Shown: positions 1 to 8,423 of the stretch, piece after piece | Numbering within the stretch: the stretch's first letter is position 1 | Layout of the letters: the number at the start of each line of letters is the position of its first letter | From: Acidimicrobiia bacterium | GTDB taxonomy: Bacteria > Actinomycetota > Acidimicrobiia > IMCC26256 > PALSA-555 | NCBI GenBank assembly: GCA_035468285.1 | Contig: DATISY010000009.1 | Coordinates: 1,134-65,133, forward strand | Direction: 5' to 3' | DNA length: 64,000 nucleotides | Notes under the pieces: generated by a model | What the model was told of the DNA's origin: nothing | Database searches by the model: none | The model's input: only the letters and a program-made list of their open reading frames with translations | Program-made: the position numbers and the translations under genes

Positions 1-228
1 ATGGGTGAGATCGGGGTCGCGGTCGTCGTCCCTCGCGACTCGACCGACCCTCCGACCCTCGACGCGCTCCGGGCCCACGGCCAAGCCGCGCTCGCGGTCT
101 ACAAGCTGCCGGAGGCGCTCGAGCTGACGGACGCCCTGCCCCTGACCGCGATGGACAAGGTCGATCGACGCGCCCTGAGCCAGGTGGTGGCCGGTGGGGC
201 GTCCGGCCCCGTCGGGCGTGCTGGCTGA
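1..228 (+). CDS. AMP-dependent acyl-CoA synthetase/ligase, C-terminal fragment (5' end outside window)
   Basis: Open at the window edge in frame 1, stop TGA 226-228. 'GEIGVAVVVP...YKLPEALELTDALPLTAMDKVDRRAL' looks like the A9/A10 C-terminal end of ANL-superfamily ligases. Confidence 0.7.
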   Translation: MGEIGVAVVVPRDSTDPPTLDALRAHGQAALAVYKLPEALELTDALPLTAMDKVDRRALSQVVAGGASGPVGRAG

Positions 229-604
229 GGAGACGACGATGCGCGCCACCGGGGACGAGCTCGTGCGGATCGGGCGGCCCCACGCCGCCGCGGAAGCCGC
301 CGACGACTTTCGCCACGACGATGGTCACTCGCGCTGTCCGGTGCGCGGCTCTACGCCAGCGACCGCCTCTTGGAGCTGCTGTTCGGGACGACGGTGGCGC
401 TGGCCACGCCGCTCACCTGAGGCCCACCGCCGGGTCCGCTGACCGGTCGGGACGGAGGCGCGCCGCGCGCGGATCGCGCGGGCGGCCGGCGAGGGACGAG
501 CGTGTCACCCGGGTCGAAACTGCCCAGATCGGGTGGCTGCGGGGCGAGGCGTTGGGGGTGGGGCCGATGCCCACCGGGGTGGCGCTGTCGAGTAGAACAC
601 TCCG

Positions 605-1675
605 GTGCGCTCACGCCTTTTCCTTTCCGTTGTCGCGCTCACAATCGTCGCCGCTGCCTGCGGTGGGGGTGGCGGAAACGTGTCGGCGAAGCACAAGACC
701 GCGCCGACGACCACGACGCCGAAGGGCCCCCCGGTGGCGCCGCTCACCGGCCTGCCGGACCCGACGGGGCAGACCTTCAACCGGCCGGCACTGTCGGTGA
801 AGATCGAGAACGCTCCTGAGTCCCGGCCTCAGACGGGGCTCCAGAGCGCCGACATCGTCTACGAGCAGGTCGTCGAGGACGGCATCACCCGGTTCATGGC
901 CGTGTTCAACTCGAACATCCCGCCCGTCGTCGGCCCGATCCGCTCGGGCCGCATCATGGACCCGTACCTGGCCGCCCCCTTCGGTGGCATCTTCGCGTAC
1001 TCCGGCGGGATCCAGGCGACCGAGGACGCGATCAAGGCGACGCCCGGCGTGAACGTGATCGTGGACACCGGGTCCGACCCGGCGCTGTTCCGCGACAACT
1101 CGAAGCCCGCACCACACAACCTCTACGGCCACACGGACCAGCTCCTGGCCCGGGGCGGCAAGCCCGTCCCGCCGCCGGCCCAGTTCAGCTACCTGCCGGC
1201 CGGTGTCCCGTTCACCGGCGACAACGTCAACGCGTTCACCATCAAGTACAACCCGACGTACGGTGACCCGACGTACACGTGGGACGCGACGATCGGCGCG
1301 TGGCGCCGCTCGATCGGCGCCACGCCGTTCACGACGACCGACGGCGGCCAGGTCACCCCGAACAACGTGATCATCCAGTTCGTCGGCTCGCTCCTCCCGA
1401 GCCCCGAGGCCGGCAGCTTCAACCTCGTCGGATCCGGCGACGCGTGGATCTTCAGCGCCGGCAAGCTCGTCCGAGGCAAGTGGTCCCGCACCGGGTCGAC
1501 GACCCCGACGTCGTTCACCGACGCCAATGGTGCGCCCGTCCGGCTCACCCCGGGTCGCACGTGGGTCGAGTTCGACGGCGCGGCCGCCTCGTTCGGCGGC
1601 GTCAGCATCGTCCCGGGCCCACCGACCCCGTCCACCCTGCCCACGACCACGACCACGACCAAGAAGAAGAAGTAG
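605..1675 (+). CDS. DUF3048-like secreted lipoprotein
   Basis: GTG start. Signal peptide 'LFLSVVALTIVAAAC' with lipobox Cys followed by Gly run. Core 'RPQTGLQSADIVYEQVVEDGITRFMAVFNS' matches DUF3048 as I remember it. Ends in a T6K4 tail. Confidence 0.7.
   Translation: MRSRLFLSVVALTIVAAACGGGGGNVSAKHKTAPTTTTPKGPPVAPLTGLPDPTGQTFNRPALSVKIENAPESRPQTGLQSADIVYEQVVEDGITRFMAVFNSNIPPVVGPIRSGRIMDPYLAAPFGGIFAYSGGIQATEDAIKATPGVNVIVDTGSDPALFRDNSKPAPHNLYGHTDQLLARGGKPVPPPAQFSYLPAGVPFTGDNVNAFTIKYNPTYGDPTYTWDATIGAWRRSIGATPFTTTDGGQVTPNNVIIQFVGSLLPSPEAGSFNLVGSGDAWIFSAGKLVRGKWSRTGSTTPTSFTDANGAPVRLTPGRTWVEFDGAAASFGGVSIVPGPPTPSTLPTTTTTTKKKK
1643..1672 (+). repeat. Trinucleotide/hexanucleotide tandem repeat (ACGACC)x3 + (AAG)x4 encoding TTTTTTKKKK at the C-terminus
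   Basis: Read directly: acgaccacgaccacgacc aagaagaagaag, followed by tag at 1673-1675. Confidence 0.95.
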
Positions 1676-1757
1676 CCGTCGCCGGGCGGCGGGTGCCGAC
1701 CATCCCCGCCCCCGCCGCGACGGCCGGCGGGCGTCGTTGGGTTGACGCCCCGGCCGG

Positions 1758-2681
1758 TCAGGCGGCGCGGTCGAAGAGGACCGCCACCTGGCTGGCGTCG
1801 GCCGCCTCGTCGACCAGCCCGTATCGGCGGCGGATGGCCCGTTCCGCGGTCCCGAAGAGCAGCTCGTCGACGAGGACGCCGATGACGAGGATGACGATCA
1901 TCACCGCGATGAGACCCGCCGCGTCGAGGTTCTGACGGGCGAACTCGAGGCGCTGGCCGAGGGAGAAGGTCCCGGGGATCTGGACGAGGAGCTCGCCGGC
2001 CAGGAGGCTGCGCCAGGCGAACGCCCAGCCCTGCTTGAGCCCGGCCACGAAGGCGGGCAGGGCAGCCGGGAGGATGACGTGACGGAAGGCGCTGATCCCG
2101 CGAGCGCCGAGCACGCGACCGGCGCGGAGCCACAGCGGCGGGATCGTGTCGATGCCGCTGATGAGGCCGTTGGCAATGGACGGCGCCGCCCCGAGGACCA
2201 CGACGAACAGGATCGCCCCGTCTGTCAGCTTGAACAGCAGGATCGCGAGCGGGAACCAGGCGATCGACGGCATCGTCTGCAGGCCGGTGATCAGCGATCC
2301 GACCGCGGCGCGCAACACGCGCACCCGCGCGACGACCGCGCCGACGACGCTCCCAATGATGATCGCGAGGCCGAAGCCTTGCGCGGCTCGGCCGAGTGTC
2401 GTCCCCGCGGCCTGGAGGAGGTCGCTGAGATTGTCGACGAGTGTCGAGAACACCTTCGCCGGGCCCGGGAGCAGGTACTCGGGGCGCCAGCCGGTCCAGA
2501 CGACGATCTGCCAGAACCCGACGAAGATCGCGACGGCGAGCGCCTTCGGCCAGATGTGCTTCCAGATCCGCGCGGTCAGCCGAGACCGGGGGCGCAGCCC
2601 GATCTCGAGCGCGTCGAGCCCGGCGAGCTCGGCATCGATGCGGCCCCCTACGGACCGGGCATCGGACTCAGCGTTCGCCAT
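1758..2681 (-). CDS. ABC transporter permease (NitT/TauT family; sulfonate/nitrate/taurine type)
   Basis: Multi-TM hydrophobic profile. EAA-type loop 'IDTIPPLWLRAGRVLGARGISAFRHVILPAALP'. Its 5' end overlaps the ATPase gene by 14 nt (operon). Confidence 0.85.
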   Translation of the reverse strand: MANAESDARSVGGRIDAELAGLDALEIGLRPRSRLTARIWKHIWPKALAVAIFVGFWQIVVWTGWRPEYLLPGPAKVFSTLVDNLSDLLQAAGTTLGRAAQGFGLAIIIGSVVGAVVARVRVLRAAVGSLITGLQTMPSIAWFPLAILLFKLTDGAILFVVVLGAAPSIANGLISGIDTIPPLWLRAGRVLGARGISAFRHVILPAALPAFVAGLKQGWAFAWRSLLAGELLVQIPGTFSLGQRLEFARQNLDAAGLIAVMIVILVIGVLVDELLFGTAERAIRRRYGLVDEAADASQVAVLFDRAA

Positions 2682-3504
2682 GGCGGGTCACCTCGGCGCG
2701 GAGCTGGTCAGTGATCGTCGCCGCGAGGTTCGCGACCGCGGGCGAGTCGATACGGCGAGGCCGCTCGATGTCCACGGGGAACTCGGCGAGGACGCGCCCG
2801 GGACGACTGGAGAGCAGGACGACCCGGTCACCGAGCCGGACTGACTCGCGGACGTTGTGGGTGACGAACAGGACCGTCAGCCCGGCGTCGCGCCAGATCC
2901 GCTCGACCTCGTCGTGGAGGACGTCGCGGGTCATGGCGTCGAGCGCGCCGAACGGCTCGTCCATGAGCAAGACGTCGGCCCGCTGGCCGAGGGCTCGGGC
3001 CAGCGCTACCCGCTGGCGCATCCCACCGGACAGCTCGTGAGGCCGCTTCGTGGCGAACTCCTGGAGGTGCACGATGCGGAGCAGCTCCTCCACTCGCGCC
3101 CGTCGCTCGGCGCGGGCGGCGCCGTCGAGGCGCAACGGGAGCTCGATGTTGCGGGCCGCGGTGAGCCAGGGGAACAGCGCCGGCTCCTGGAACATGAGCG
3201 TGGCCCGTCCTTCCACGGTCACCTCCCCCGCGCTCGCCCGGTCCAGGCCCGCGACCAGGTTCAGCAGGGTGCTCTTCCCGCACCCGGACGCGCCGACGAC
3301 GCACACGAACCCGCCGGGTTCGATGTCGAGGGTGAGGCGGTCGAGGGCCGGAACCGGGTTCGCGGCGTCGCCGTAGACCTTCGAGACCTCACCGATCCGG
3401 ACCCGGCCCCGATCGCCCATCGGGCGCGTCCCCGTCGTCGGGGCGAGGGCCGGGTCGACCGGTGAGCTCACAGCCGATCTCCTGACGCGCGCCGCGACCG
3501 TCAT
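2668..3504 (-). CDS. ABC transporter ATP-binding protein (NitT/TauT family)
   Basis: Walker A 'GASGCGKST', signature 'LSGGMRQR', Walker B 'LLMDEPFGALD'. ATGA overlap with the upstream binding-protein gene. Confidence 0.9.
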   Translation of the reverse strand: MTVAARVRRSAVSSPVDPALAPTTGTRPMGDRGRVRIGEVSKVYGDAANPVPALDRLTLDIEPGGFVCVVGASGCGKSTLLNLVAGLDRASAGEVTVEGRATLMFQEPALFPWLTAARNIELPLRLDGAARAERRARVEELLRIVHLQEFATKRPHELSGGMRQRVALARALGQRADVLLMDEPFGALDAMTRDVLHDEVERIWRDAGLTVLFVTHNVRESVRLGDRVVLLSSRPGRVLAEFPVDIERPRRIDSPAVANLAATITDQLRAEVTRHGER

Positions 3505-4568
3505 GGTGCGGCGATCACCGGTTGCTGTCTCGCCTTGAGCACCTTGTTCAGCAGCCGAAGATCGTAGAGGCCCTTGAGGTTGGCGCTCTTCAGCAGCCCG
3601 AGCTTCTTGGCGTTGTCCGCCGTGGTCTGCAGCGACGAGGCGATCGGGTCGTTGGTGAAGGTGATCGACTGGAACGACGCGGCGATGATGCTCGGGGCGA
3701 GGCTCTTGCCGGTGGCGTGCACGATGCCCTGCCCGACGAGCTGCTCGGCACGGGTCGGGTTAGTGGCGATGAGGTGCACCGCGTCGACCTGGCCGGTGAG
3801 CAGGCTTTGCACCACGTCGGGGTGTGCTTGCAGGAAGTCGGTGCGGACGAGGAGCTCGGTGGTGACGAACGTCCCGTGCGGCCACAGGGTGCGCTCGTCC
3901 ACGAGGACCTTGCCGCCACCCTCGGTCACGAGCCGCGTGGCCCACGGCTCCGGCACCCACGCTCCGTCGATCTGCTTCTGCTCGAAGGCCTGCAGCGTCA
4001 CCGCGTTGTCCTGGGGCCGGATGGAGACGTCGCCGCCGCCGCTGACGTCGGTCTTGAGGCCGTGCTTGCTCAGATAGGTGCGCAACGCGACGTCCTGGGT
4101 GTTGCCGAGCTGTGGTGACGCGAGGACCTTGCCTTTCAGGTCGGCGGCCTTGGTGATGCCCGGGCGCACGACGAGGAACGCCCCGCCCGACGCCGCGCCG
4201 GACACGACCCGGACCCCGCCGTGCGATTGGACGAAGGCGTTGATGGCCGGGTTCGGACCGACATACGTCGCGTCGATGGAACCCGACAGGAGCGCCTCAC
4301 CGGCCGCCGGGCCGGCGTTGAATGTCGTCAGCGAGAGCTTCACGTTCGGGCCCAGATCCTGCTGGAACAGCCCGCTCTCCACGCCGACGAGCGCAGGCGC
4401 GTGGGTGACGTTCGGGAAGTAGCCGAGGTGCAACGTCGTCGTCGACGGGGCCGCCGCCGCCCCCACCGGCGAGAGCGTCGCGGCGACGACCGACCCCGCC
4501 AGGGCGAGGACGACGGCCGCGACGAGCGGTGCCCGTCGGTGGAAGTCGGCCAGCATGGTGCGCTCCAA
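3501..4568 (-). CDS. ABC transporter substrate-binding protein (NMT1/SsuA-like)
   Basis: N-terminal signal/anchor 'APLVAAVVLALAGSVVAA'. 'LHLGYFPNVTHAPALVG' and 'GNTQDVALRTYL' are typical of aliphatic sulfonate/NMT1-type binding proteins. First gene of the SBP-ATPase-permease operon. Confidence 0.8.
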   Translation of the reverse strand: MERTMLADFHRRAPLVAAVVLALAGSVVAATLSPVGAAAAPSTTTLHLGYFPNVTHAPALVGVESGLFQQDLGPNVKLSLTTFNAGPAAGEALLSGSIDATYVGPNPAINAFVQSHGGVRVVSGAASGGAFLVVRPGITKAADLKGKVLASPQLGNTQDVALRTYLSKHGLKTDVSGGGDVSIRPQDNAVTLQAFEQKQIDGAWVPEPWATRLVTEGGGKVLVDERTLWPHGTFVTTELLVRTDFLQAHPDVVQSLLTGQVDAVHLIATNPTRAEQLVGQGIVHATGKSLAPSIIAASFQSITFTNDPIASSLQTTADNAKKLGLLKSANLKGLYDLRLLNKVLKARQQPVIAAP

Positions 4569-4580
4569 TCCCGGTATCTC

Positions 4581-4620
4581 TAGGAAACTTGATTAATAAA
4601 GTCAGGAAACTAAACTATGG
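4581..4620. promoter_or_regulatory. AT-rich divergent promoter/operator region with a direct repeat AGGAAACT (4582-4589 and 4604-4611) flanking an ATTAAT palindrome
   Basis: The only strongly AT-rich stretch I saw in the window. It lies in the 102-nt gap between the divergent ABC operon (start 4568) and the Rrf2 regulator (start 4671). Repeat copies start 22 nt apart. Confidence 0.45.
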
Positions 4621-4670
4621 AGAGAACCAGGTCAAGGTGACTCGTTCTGAGGCCCGGGGAGCCCGCCACC

Positions 4671-5150
4671 ATGTGGATCAACCGCCGCACTGACTACGCC
4701 ACTCGAGCGGTGCTGGCCCTGGCGCTGGCCGATGGGAGTTATCCCCACAAGCTCCAGGAGCTCGCAGCCGCCACCCAGACCCCGGTCACGGTGCTCGAGC
4801 AGCTCCTCCCCCAGCTCCGCGCCGCCGGGATCGTGCGCTCCGAGCGCGGCCCCACCGGGGGCTACCGGCTGAACCACCCCCCCGAGGACATCACGCTGGG
4901 GAAGGTGGTTCGCCTCATCCAGGGACCGCTCGCCCCGATCTCGTGCGCGACACGTCACGGCCCCGAGCCCTGCCCGATGGAGCTGGGCTGCAGCCTCCAG
5001 GAGACCTGGGCTGCGGTGCGCGACGCGACGATCGCGATCCTGGACTCCACGACGTTCGCTGACCTGGCCGCCCGGGCCGACGGTCGCTGGACCGAGACTC
5101 CGGTGACGGTGACCACGCCGGGTACGCAGCCCGCCCCTACCCCGGCGTAG
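4671..5150 (+). CDS. Rrf2 family transcriptional regulator (three-Cys, probable Fe-S binding type)
   Basis: N-terminal wHTH 'RTDYATRAVLALA...LQELAAATQTPVTVLEQLLPQLRAAGIVRSERGPTGGYRL'. Cys92-x8-Cys101-x5-Cys107 cluster-ligand-like triad. Confidence 0.9.
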   Translation: MWINRRTDYATRAVLALALADGSYPHKLQELAAATQTPVTVLEQLLPQLRAAGIVRSERGPTGGYRLNHPPEDITLGKVVRLIQGPLAPISCATRHGPEPCPMELGCSLQETWAAVRDATIAILDSTTFADLAARADGRWTETPVTVTTPGTQPAPTPA

Positions 5151-5207
5151 GCGCGGCCTGGCACCAGCGAAGGGCTGACACCGACGTCAGATACGGTGCT
5201 CGCCGAC

Positions 5208-6338
5208 ATGCAGCTGGAATTCACGTCCGAGCAAGAGGACCTGCGCGACAGCGTGCGCGCGGTGCTCGAGCACGAGTGCCCGATGACCCTCGTCCGGGCG
5301 GTCGTCGAGACCGGCGTCGCGCCCGACGCGCTCTGGAAGCACATGGTCGACCTCGGCTGGACTGCCCTCACCGTCCCGGAGACGGCCGGCGGCCTGGGTC
5401 TCGGCCCGGTCGAGCTCGCGGTCGTCGTCGAGGAGCTGGGCCGCGTCGTCGCGCCGGGACCGTTCCTCGCCAGCGTCACCCAGTTCACGCCCGCAGTGCG
5501 TGCCACGGGCAGCCCGGCCCAGCAGGAGCGCTTCCTGGGCCCCCTCGTGGAGGGGACCGGCACCGGGGCGCTCGCCGTCACCGAGCTCGGAGCCGAGACG
5601 GACCCGCGCGCGGTGCAGGCCACTGCGACCCGAGACGGCGCCGAGTGGAGGCTGTCCGGCACGAAGACGTTCGTCCTCGACGGCGACACCGCCGATGAGG
5701 TCGTCGTCGTGGCGCGTGAGCCCGGAACGAGGGGCGAGGCAGGCGTCGTCGCGCTCGTGACCCCTCGCGACGCCCTTCGGGTCACCCCCCGGCGCCCACT
5801 CGACGCGACCCGGTCGCTGGTCGACCTCGATCTTGACGGCGCGCGGGTGTCCGACGACCGCCGCCTCGGCGAGCCCGGACCGGCGACGGTGCTGGCCCTG
5901 CACCGCGCCATCGACGAGGCCACCGCGATGCTCGCGGTCGAGATCGTCGGCACTTCCCAGGCGATCTTCGACGTGACGCTGGAGTACGCCAAGCAGCGAG
6001 AGCAGTTCGGCGTGCCCATCGGGTCGTTCCAGGCGATCAAGCACAAGTTCGCCGACCTGCTCATCGCGCTCGAGCGGGCCCGGGCCACCGCCTACTTCGC
6101 GGCCCTCTGCGTGGCGGAGGACGACCCGCGGCGAGCAATCGCCGTCGCGACCGCGAAGGCCGCGGCCGGGGACTGTCAGCGGCGGTTCGGGAAGGAAGGC
6201 ATCCAGATCCTCGGAGGCATCGGGTACACGTGGGAGCACGACATGCATCTGTACGTGCGTCGCGTCAAGACCGACGCCCAGCTGTTCGGGACCGCGCAAC
6301 AGCAGCGACGCCGCATCGCGACACTGCTCGGCCTCTGA
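5208..6338 (+). CDS. Acyl-CoA dehydrogenase ('TWEHD' C-terminal type, no adjacent partner)
   Basis: 'MQLEFTSEQEDLRD' is a typical ACAD N-terminus (an upstream GTG at 5196 is also possible). Also 'FGVPIGSFQAIKHKFAD' and 'ILGGIGYTWEHDMHLYVRR'. Confidence 0.85.
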   Translation: MQLEFTSEQEDLRDSVRAVLEHECPMTLVRAVVETGVAPDALWKHMVDLGWTALTVPETAGGLGLGPVELAVVVEELGRVVAPGPFLASVTQFTPAVRATGSPAQQERFLGPLVEGTGTGALAVTELGAETDPRAVQATATRDGAEWRLSGTKTFVLDGDTADEVVVVAREPGTRGEAGVVALVTPRDALRVTPRRPLDATRSLVDLDLDGARVSDDRRLGEPGPATVLALHRAIDEATAMLAVEIVGTSQAIFDVTLEYAKQREQFGVPIGSFQAIKHKFADLLIALERARATAYFAALCVAEDDPRRAIAVATAKAAAGDCQRRFGKEGIQILGGIGYTWEHDMHLYVRRVKTDAQLFGTAQQQRRRIATLLGL

Positions 6339-6341
6339 CGC

Positions 6342-6371
6342 GACAACGCCCGGCTCACGCCGGGCGTTGTC
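6342..6371. terminator. Bidirectional intrinsic-terminator-like hairpin between convergent genes
   Basis: Perfect 13-bp inverted repeat gacaacgcccggc (6342-6354) / gccgggcgttgtc (6359-6371) with 4-nt loop tcac. It starts 4 nt after the ACAD stop and ends 21 nt before the 3' end of the convergent membrane-protein gene (6393). Confidence 0.6.
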
Positions 6372-6392
6372 TCAGACTGCCTGCGATCAGGG

Positions 6393-7178
6393 TCAGAACA
6401 TGATCTCCCACAGGGCGTACCAGACGACCACGAGGACGAGGCCGGTGCCGATGGCGCGCCAGTGGTTCTCGTAGACCCAGTTCGTGATGTTACCGGCGGC
6501 CCGGCCGCCGATGATCCCGAGGGCGCTGAGCTCGAACACAGCCCAGATGACGGCCGTGATCGCGAAGTAGATCCCCCGATCGCTGCTCTTCGTCGTGTTG
6601 TAGAGCCCCGAGTTGAAGAAGTGCGCGGTGCCCACCATGAAGAACAGCATCGGGAACGAGAAGATGGTGTTTTGGCGCGACGCCAGCGCCGACCGGCGAG
6701 CGGCGTCCGGGACGGCGGGGTCTGCCTGCCCGCCCGCTTGGACGTTGCGGGCGTTGGCGATGACTTTCTTCTGCTGGGGCCAGATGACCAGCCAGACGTT
6801 GAGGAACATGGTGACGCCGAGCAGGATGCCGGTCGCGATGCTGATCCCGCTGCTGCTCTTCCAGTAGTCGCCGCTGATTAGCTCCGTCTTGCCGAGGTAC
6901 CGCTGATCCAGCAGGAGCAGGATGCCGAACCCGAGGGTCGCCGCCGCGGCCCAGCGGAACCACCACAGGGCCCGGGAGGCCAGCTTGTCGACGGCGTTGT
7001 TCCGGGCGGCCGCGTCCATCTGCGCGAACGACGGCACCTGGACGAAGTTGAAGTAGTAGAGCAGGCCGATCCAGGTGATCCCGACGACCACGTGGGCCCA
7101 CCGGGCAAGGAACGCCAGGCCCGGCTCGCGGTTGAAGATGTTCACGGCCAGGTGCAGCATGGTGTGGGCCCCCCTCAC
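6393..7178 (-). CDS. Integral membrane protein, urate-hydroxylase N-terminal (Urate_ox_N)-like
   Basis: About 6 predicted TM segments. 'RWAHVVVGITWIGLLYYFNFVQVPSF' resembles the conserved first helix of this membrane family as I remember it. Start may be the internal Met at 7157. Confidence 0.55.
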   Translation of the reverse strand: MRGAHTMLHLAVNIFNREPGLAFLARWAHVVVGITWIGLLYYFNFVQVPSFAQMDAAARNNAVDKLASRALWWFRWAAAATLGFGILLLLDQRYLGKTELISGDYWKSSSGISIATGILLGVTMFLNVWLVIWPQQKKVIANARNVQAGGQADPAVPDAARRSALASRQNTIFSFPMLFFMVGTAHFFNSGLYNTTKSSDRGIYFAITAVIWAVFELSALGIIGGRAAGNITNWVYENHWRAIGTGLVLVVVWYALWEIMF

Positions 7179-7254
7179 GGTTCCTGCAAGGTCGGCGGCA
7201 ACGTAGCACCCATTCCCGCCCGCGACCGGCTGGACACGTCCCCGGCGGGCCCAC

Positions 7255-7752
7255 TCACAGGTCGGGCGCCTGGGGGTCGGTGGGGATGACGCCCTCGAGC
7301 GGCTCGCGGCGCGCCACGACCATCGCCGAAAAGTCCGCGACGGCGATCAGGTTGTCGAAGGGGTCCAGGACGCGGACCTCGACGACAATCAGCATGCGTC
7401 CCGACCGCATCAGCTGCGCCTGCGCCCGGACCGGGCTCCCCTTGGGGCGGCCCAGGTACCGGACATGGAGGTCCGCGGTGACGAGGCTGTGCACACGAGG
7501 ATCGAAGTTCGAGGCCCGACCGGCGCAGGATCCGGCGGCGACGTCGACGAGGGTCGCGATCGCGCCGCCGTGGAGGTTGCCGGAGCCGTTGAACGCGGGC
7601 TTGTCGACCGGCATCTCGATCGTCACGGTCGGAGCGTCGAGCCCAGGGGGCTCCGAGAACCGTAGGCCGAGGAGACGGTGCAGCGGCGTCCGGGTGAACG
7701 CGTCGCGGAACGCCTCCAAGGCCTCGGCGCGGGGGTCGGGGGCTTCCGCCAT
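7255..7752 (-). CDS. PaaI-family hotdog-fold thioesterase
   Basis: Start taken at the internal ATG (MAEAPDP). The upstream part of the ORF is Arg/Gly junk overlapping the next gene. 'NGSGNLHGGAIATLVDVAAG' is the PaaI/4HBT signature. Confidence 0.8.
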   Translation of the reverse strand: MAEAPDPRAEALEAFRDAFTRTPLHRLLGLRFSEPPGLDAPTVTIEMPVDKPAFNGSGNLHGGAIATLVDVAAGSCAGRASNFDPRVHSLVTADLHVRYLGRPKGSPVRAQAQLMRSGRMLIVVEVRVLDPFDNLIAVADFSAMVVARREPLEGVIPTDPQAPDL

Positions 7753-7757
7753 GCCGG

Positions 7758-8306
7758 CTACTGGACCCGGGACAGGGTCTGGTCGCCGAGCGCCGCCACG
7801 GTGAGGTCGCTCCCGTCGACGTCGATCACGGTGATCGACGCGTGCCCCGGTGAGCACACCCACACCCGGTCGTCGCGTGTCGCCGCGCCCACCACGACGT
7901 TGATCGCCACGAAGTGCGTGAACGCGATCACGGTGCCGGTGGTGGCCCGCACGGTCTCGAGCACCGCGGCACGCCACCGGTGCACGTCGGGGTCGACCTC
8001 GGCCCAGTGCCCGCCGAGGACGGCGCGCAGCCACTCGGGTCGCGAGGCTGCCACCCCCGGCGGCGTCACGATCTCACCGAGCTGCGGCTCGATCCGGGCG
8101 GTGACGCCTCGGTGGGTCTCCAGCGGCGCGGCCGTCTCGCGGGCCCGGCGGAGCGGTGAGGTCACGACGGAGGCGAATTCGAACGCAGCGAGCCGGCCCA
8201 CGGTCGCCTCGGCCTGACCCGACCCGGCGCGGGACAGACCGGGATCGGGATGCTCGCCCCAGGACGCGTCGGGTTCGGCATGCCGCACCAGCACCATCCG
8301 CGCCAT
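7758..8306 (-). CDS. Histidine phosphatase (phosphoglycerate mutase-like) family protein
   Basis: 'MVLVRHAEP' RH-motif start, 'SPLRRARETA' second Arg motif, 'AFTHFVAI' His motif. Confidence 0.8.
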   Translation of the reverse strand: MARMVLVRHAEPDASWGEHPDPGLSRAGSGQAEATVGRLAAFEFASVVTSPLRRARETAAPLETHRGVTARIEPQLGEIVTPPGVAASRPEWLRAVLGGHWAEVDPDVHRWRAAVLETVRATTGTVIAFTHFVAINVVVGAATRDDRVWVCSPGHASITVIDVDGSDLTVAALGDQTLSRVQ

Positions 8307-8423
8307 CGCGGGAGGAAACTAGCCGCCGGACCCCTCGGGCCGGGCCACCGCGAACCCAACTGCGTGACGCGCGCCGGCCGAGCGGGTCATGGGAGGACAC
8401 CCGTTGCCCCTGGAGGTCCCCCC

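Noticed and set aside
194-442. 82-aa ORF in the 229-604 gap as a real gene.
   Set aside because: The translation degenerates into Trp/Arg/Cys-rich sequence after about 45 residues and loses G/C third-position bias. It is kept only as a possible frameshifted remnant (see findings).
6490-7254. 254-aa alternative-frame ORF over the membrane-protein gene 6393-7178.
   Set aside because: It is Arg/Pro/Gly-rich with no hydrophobic or catalytic pattern. The chosen frame gives a coherent multi-TM protein with a conserved first-helix motif.
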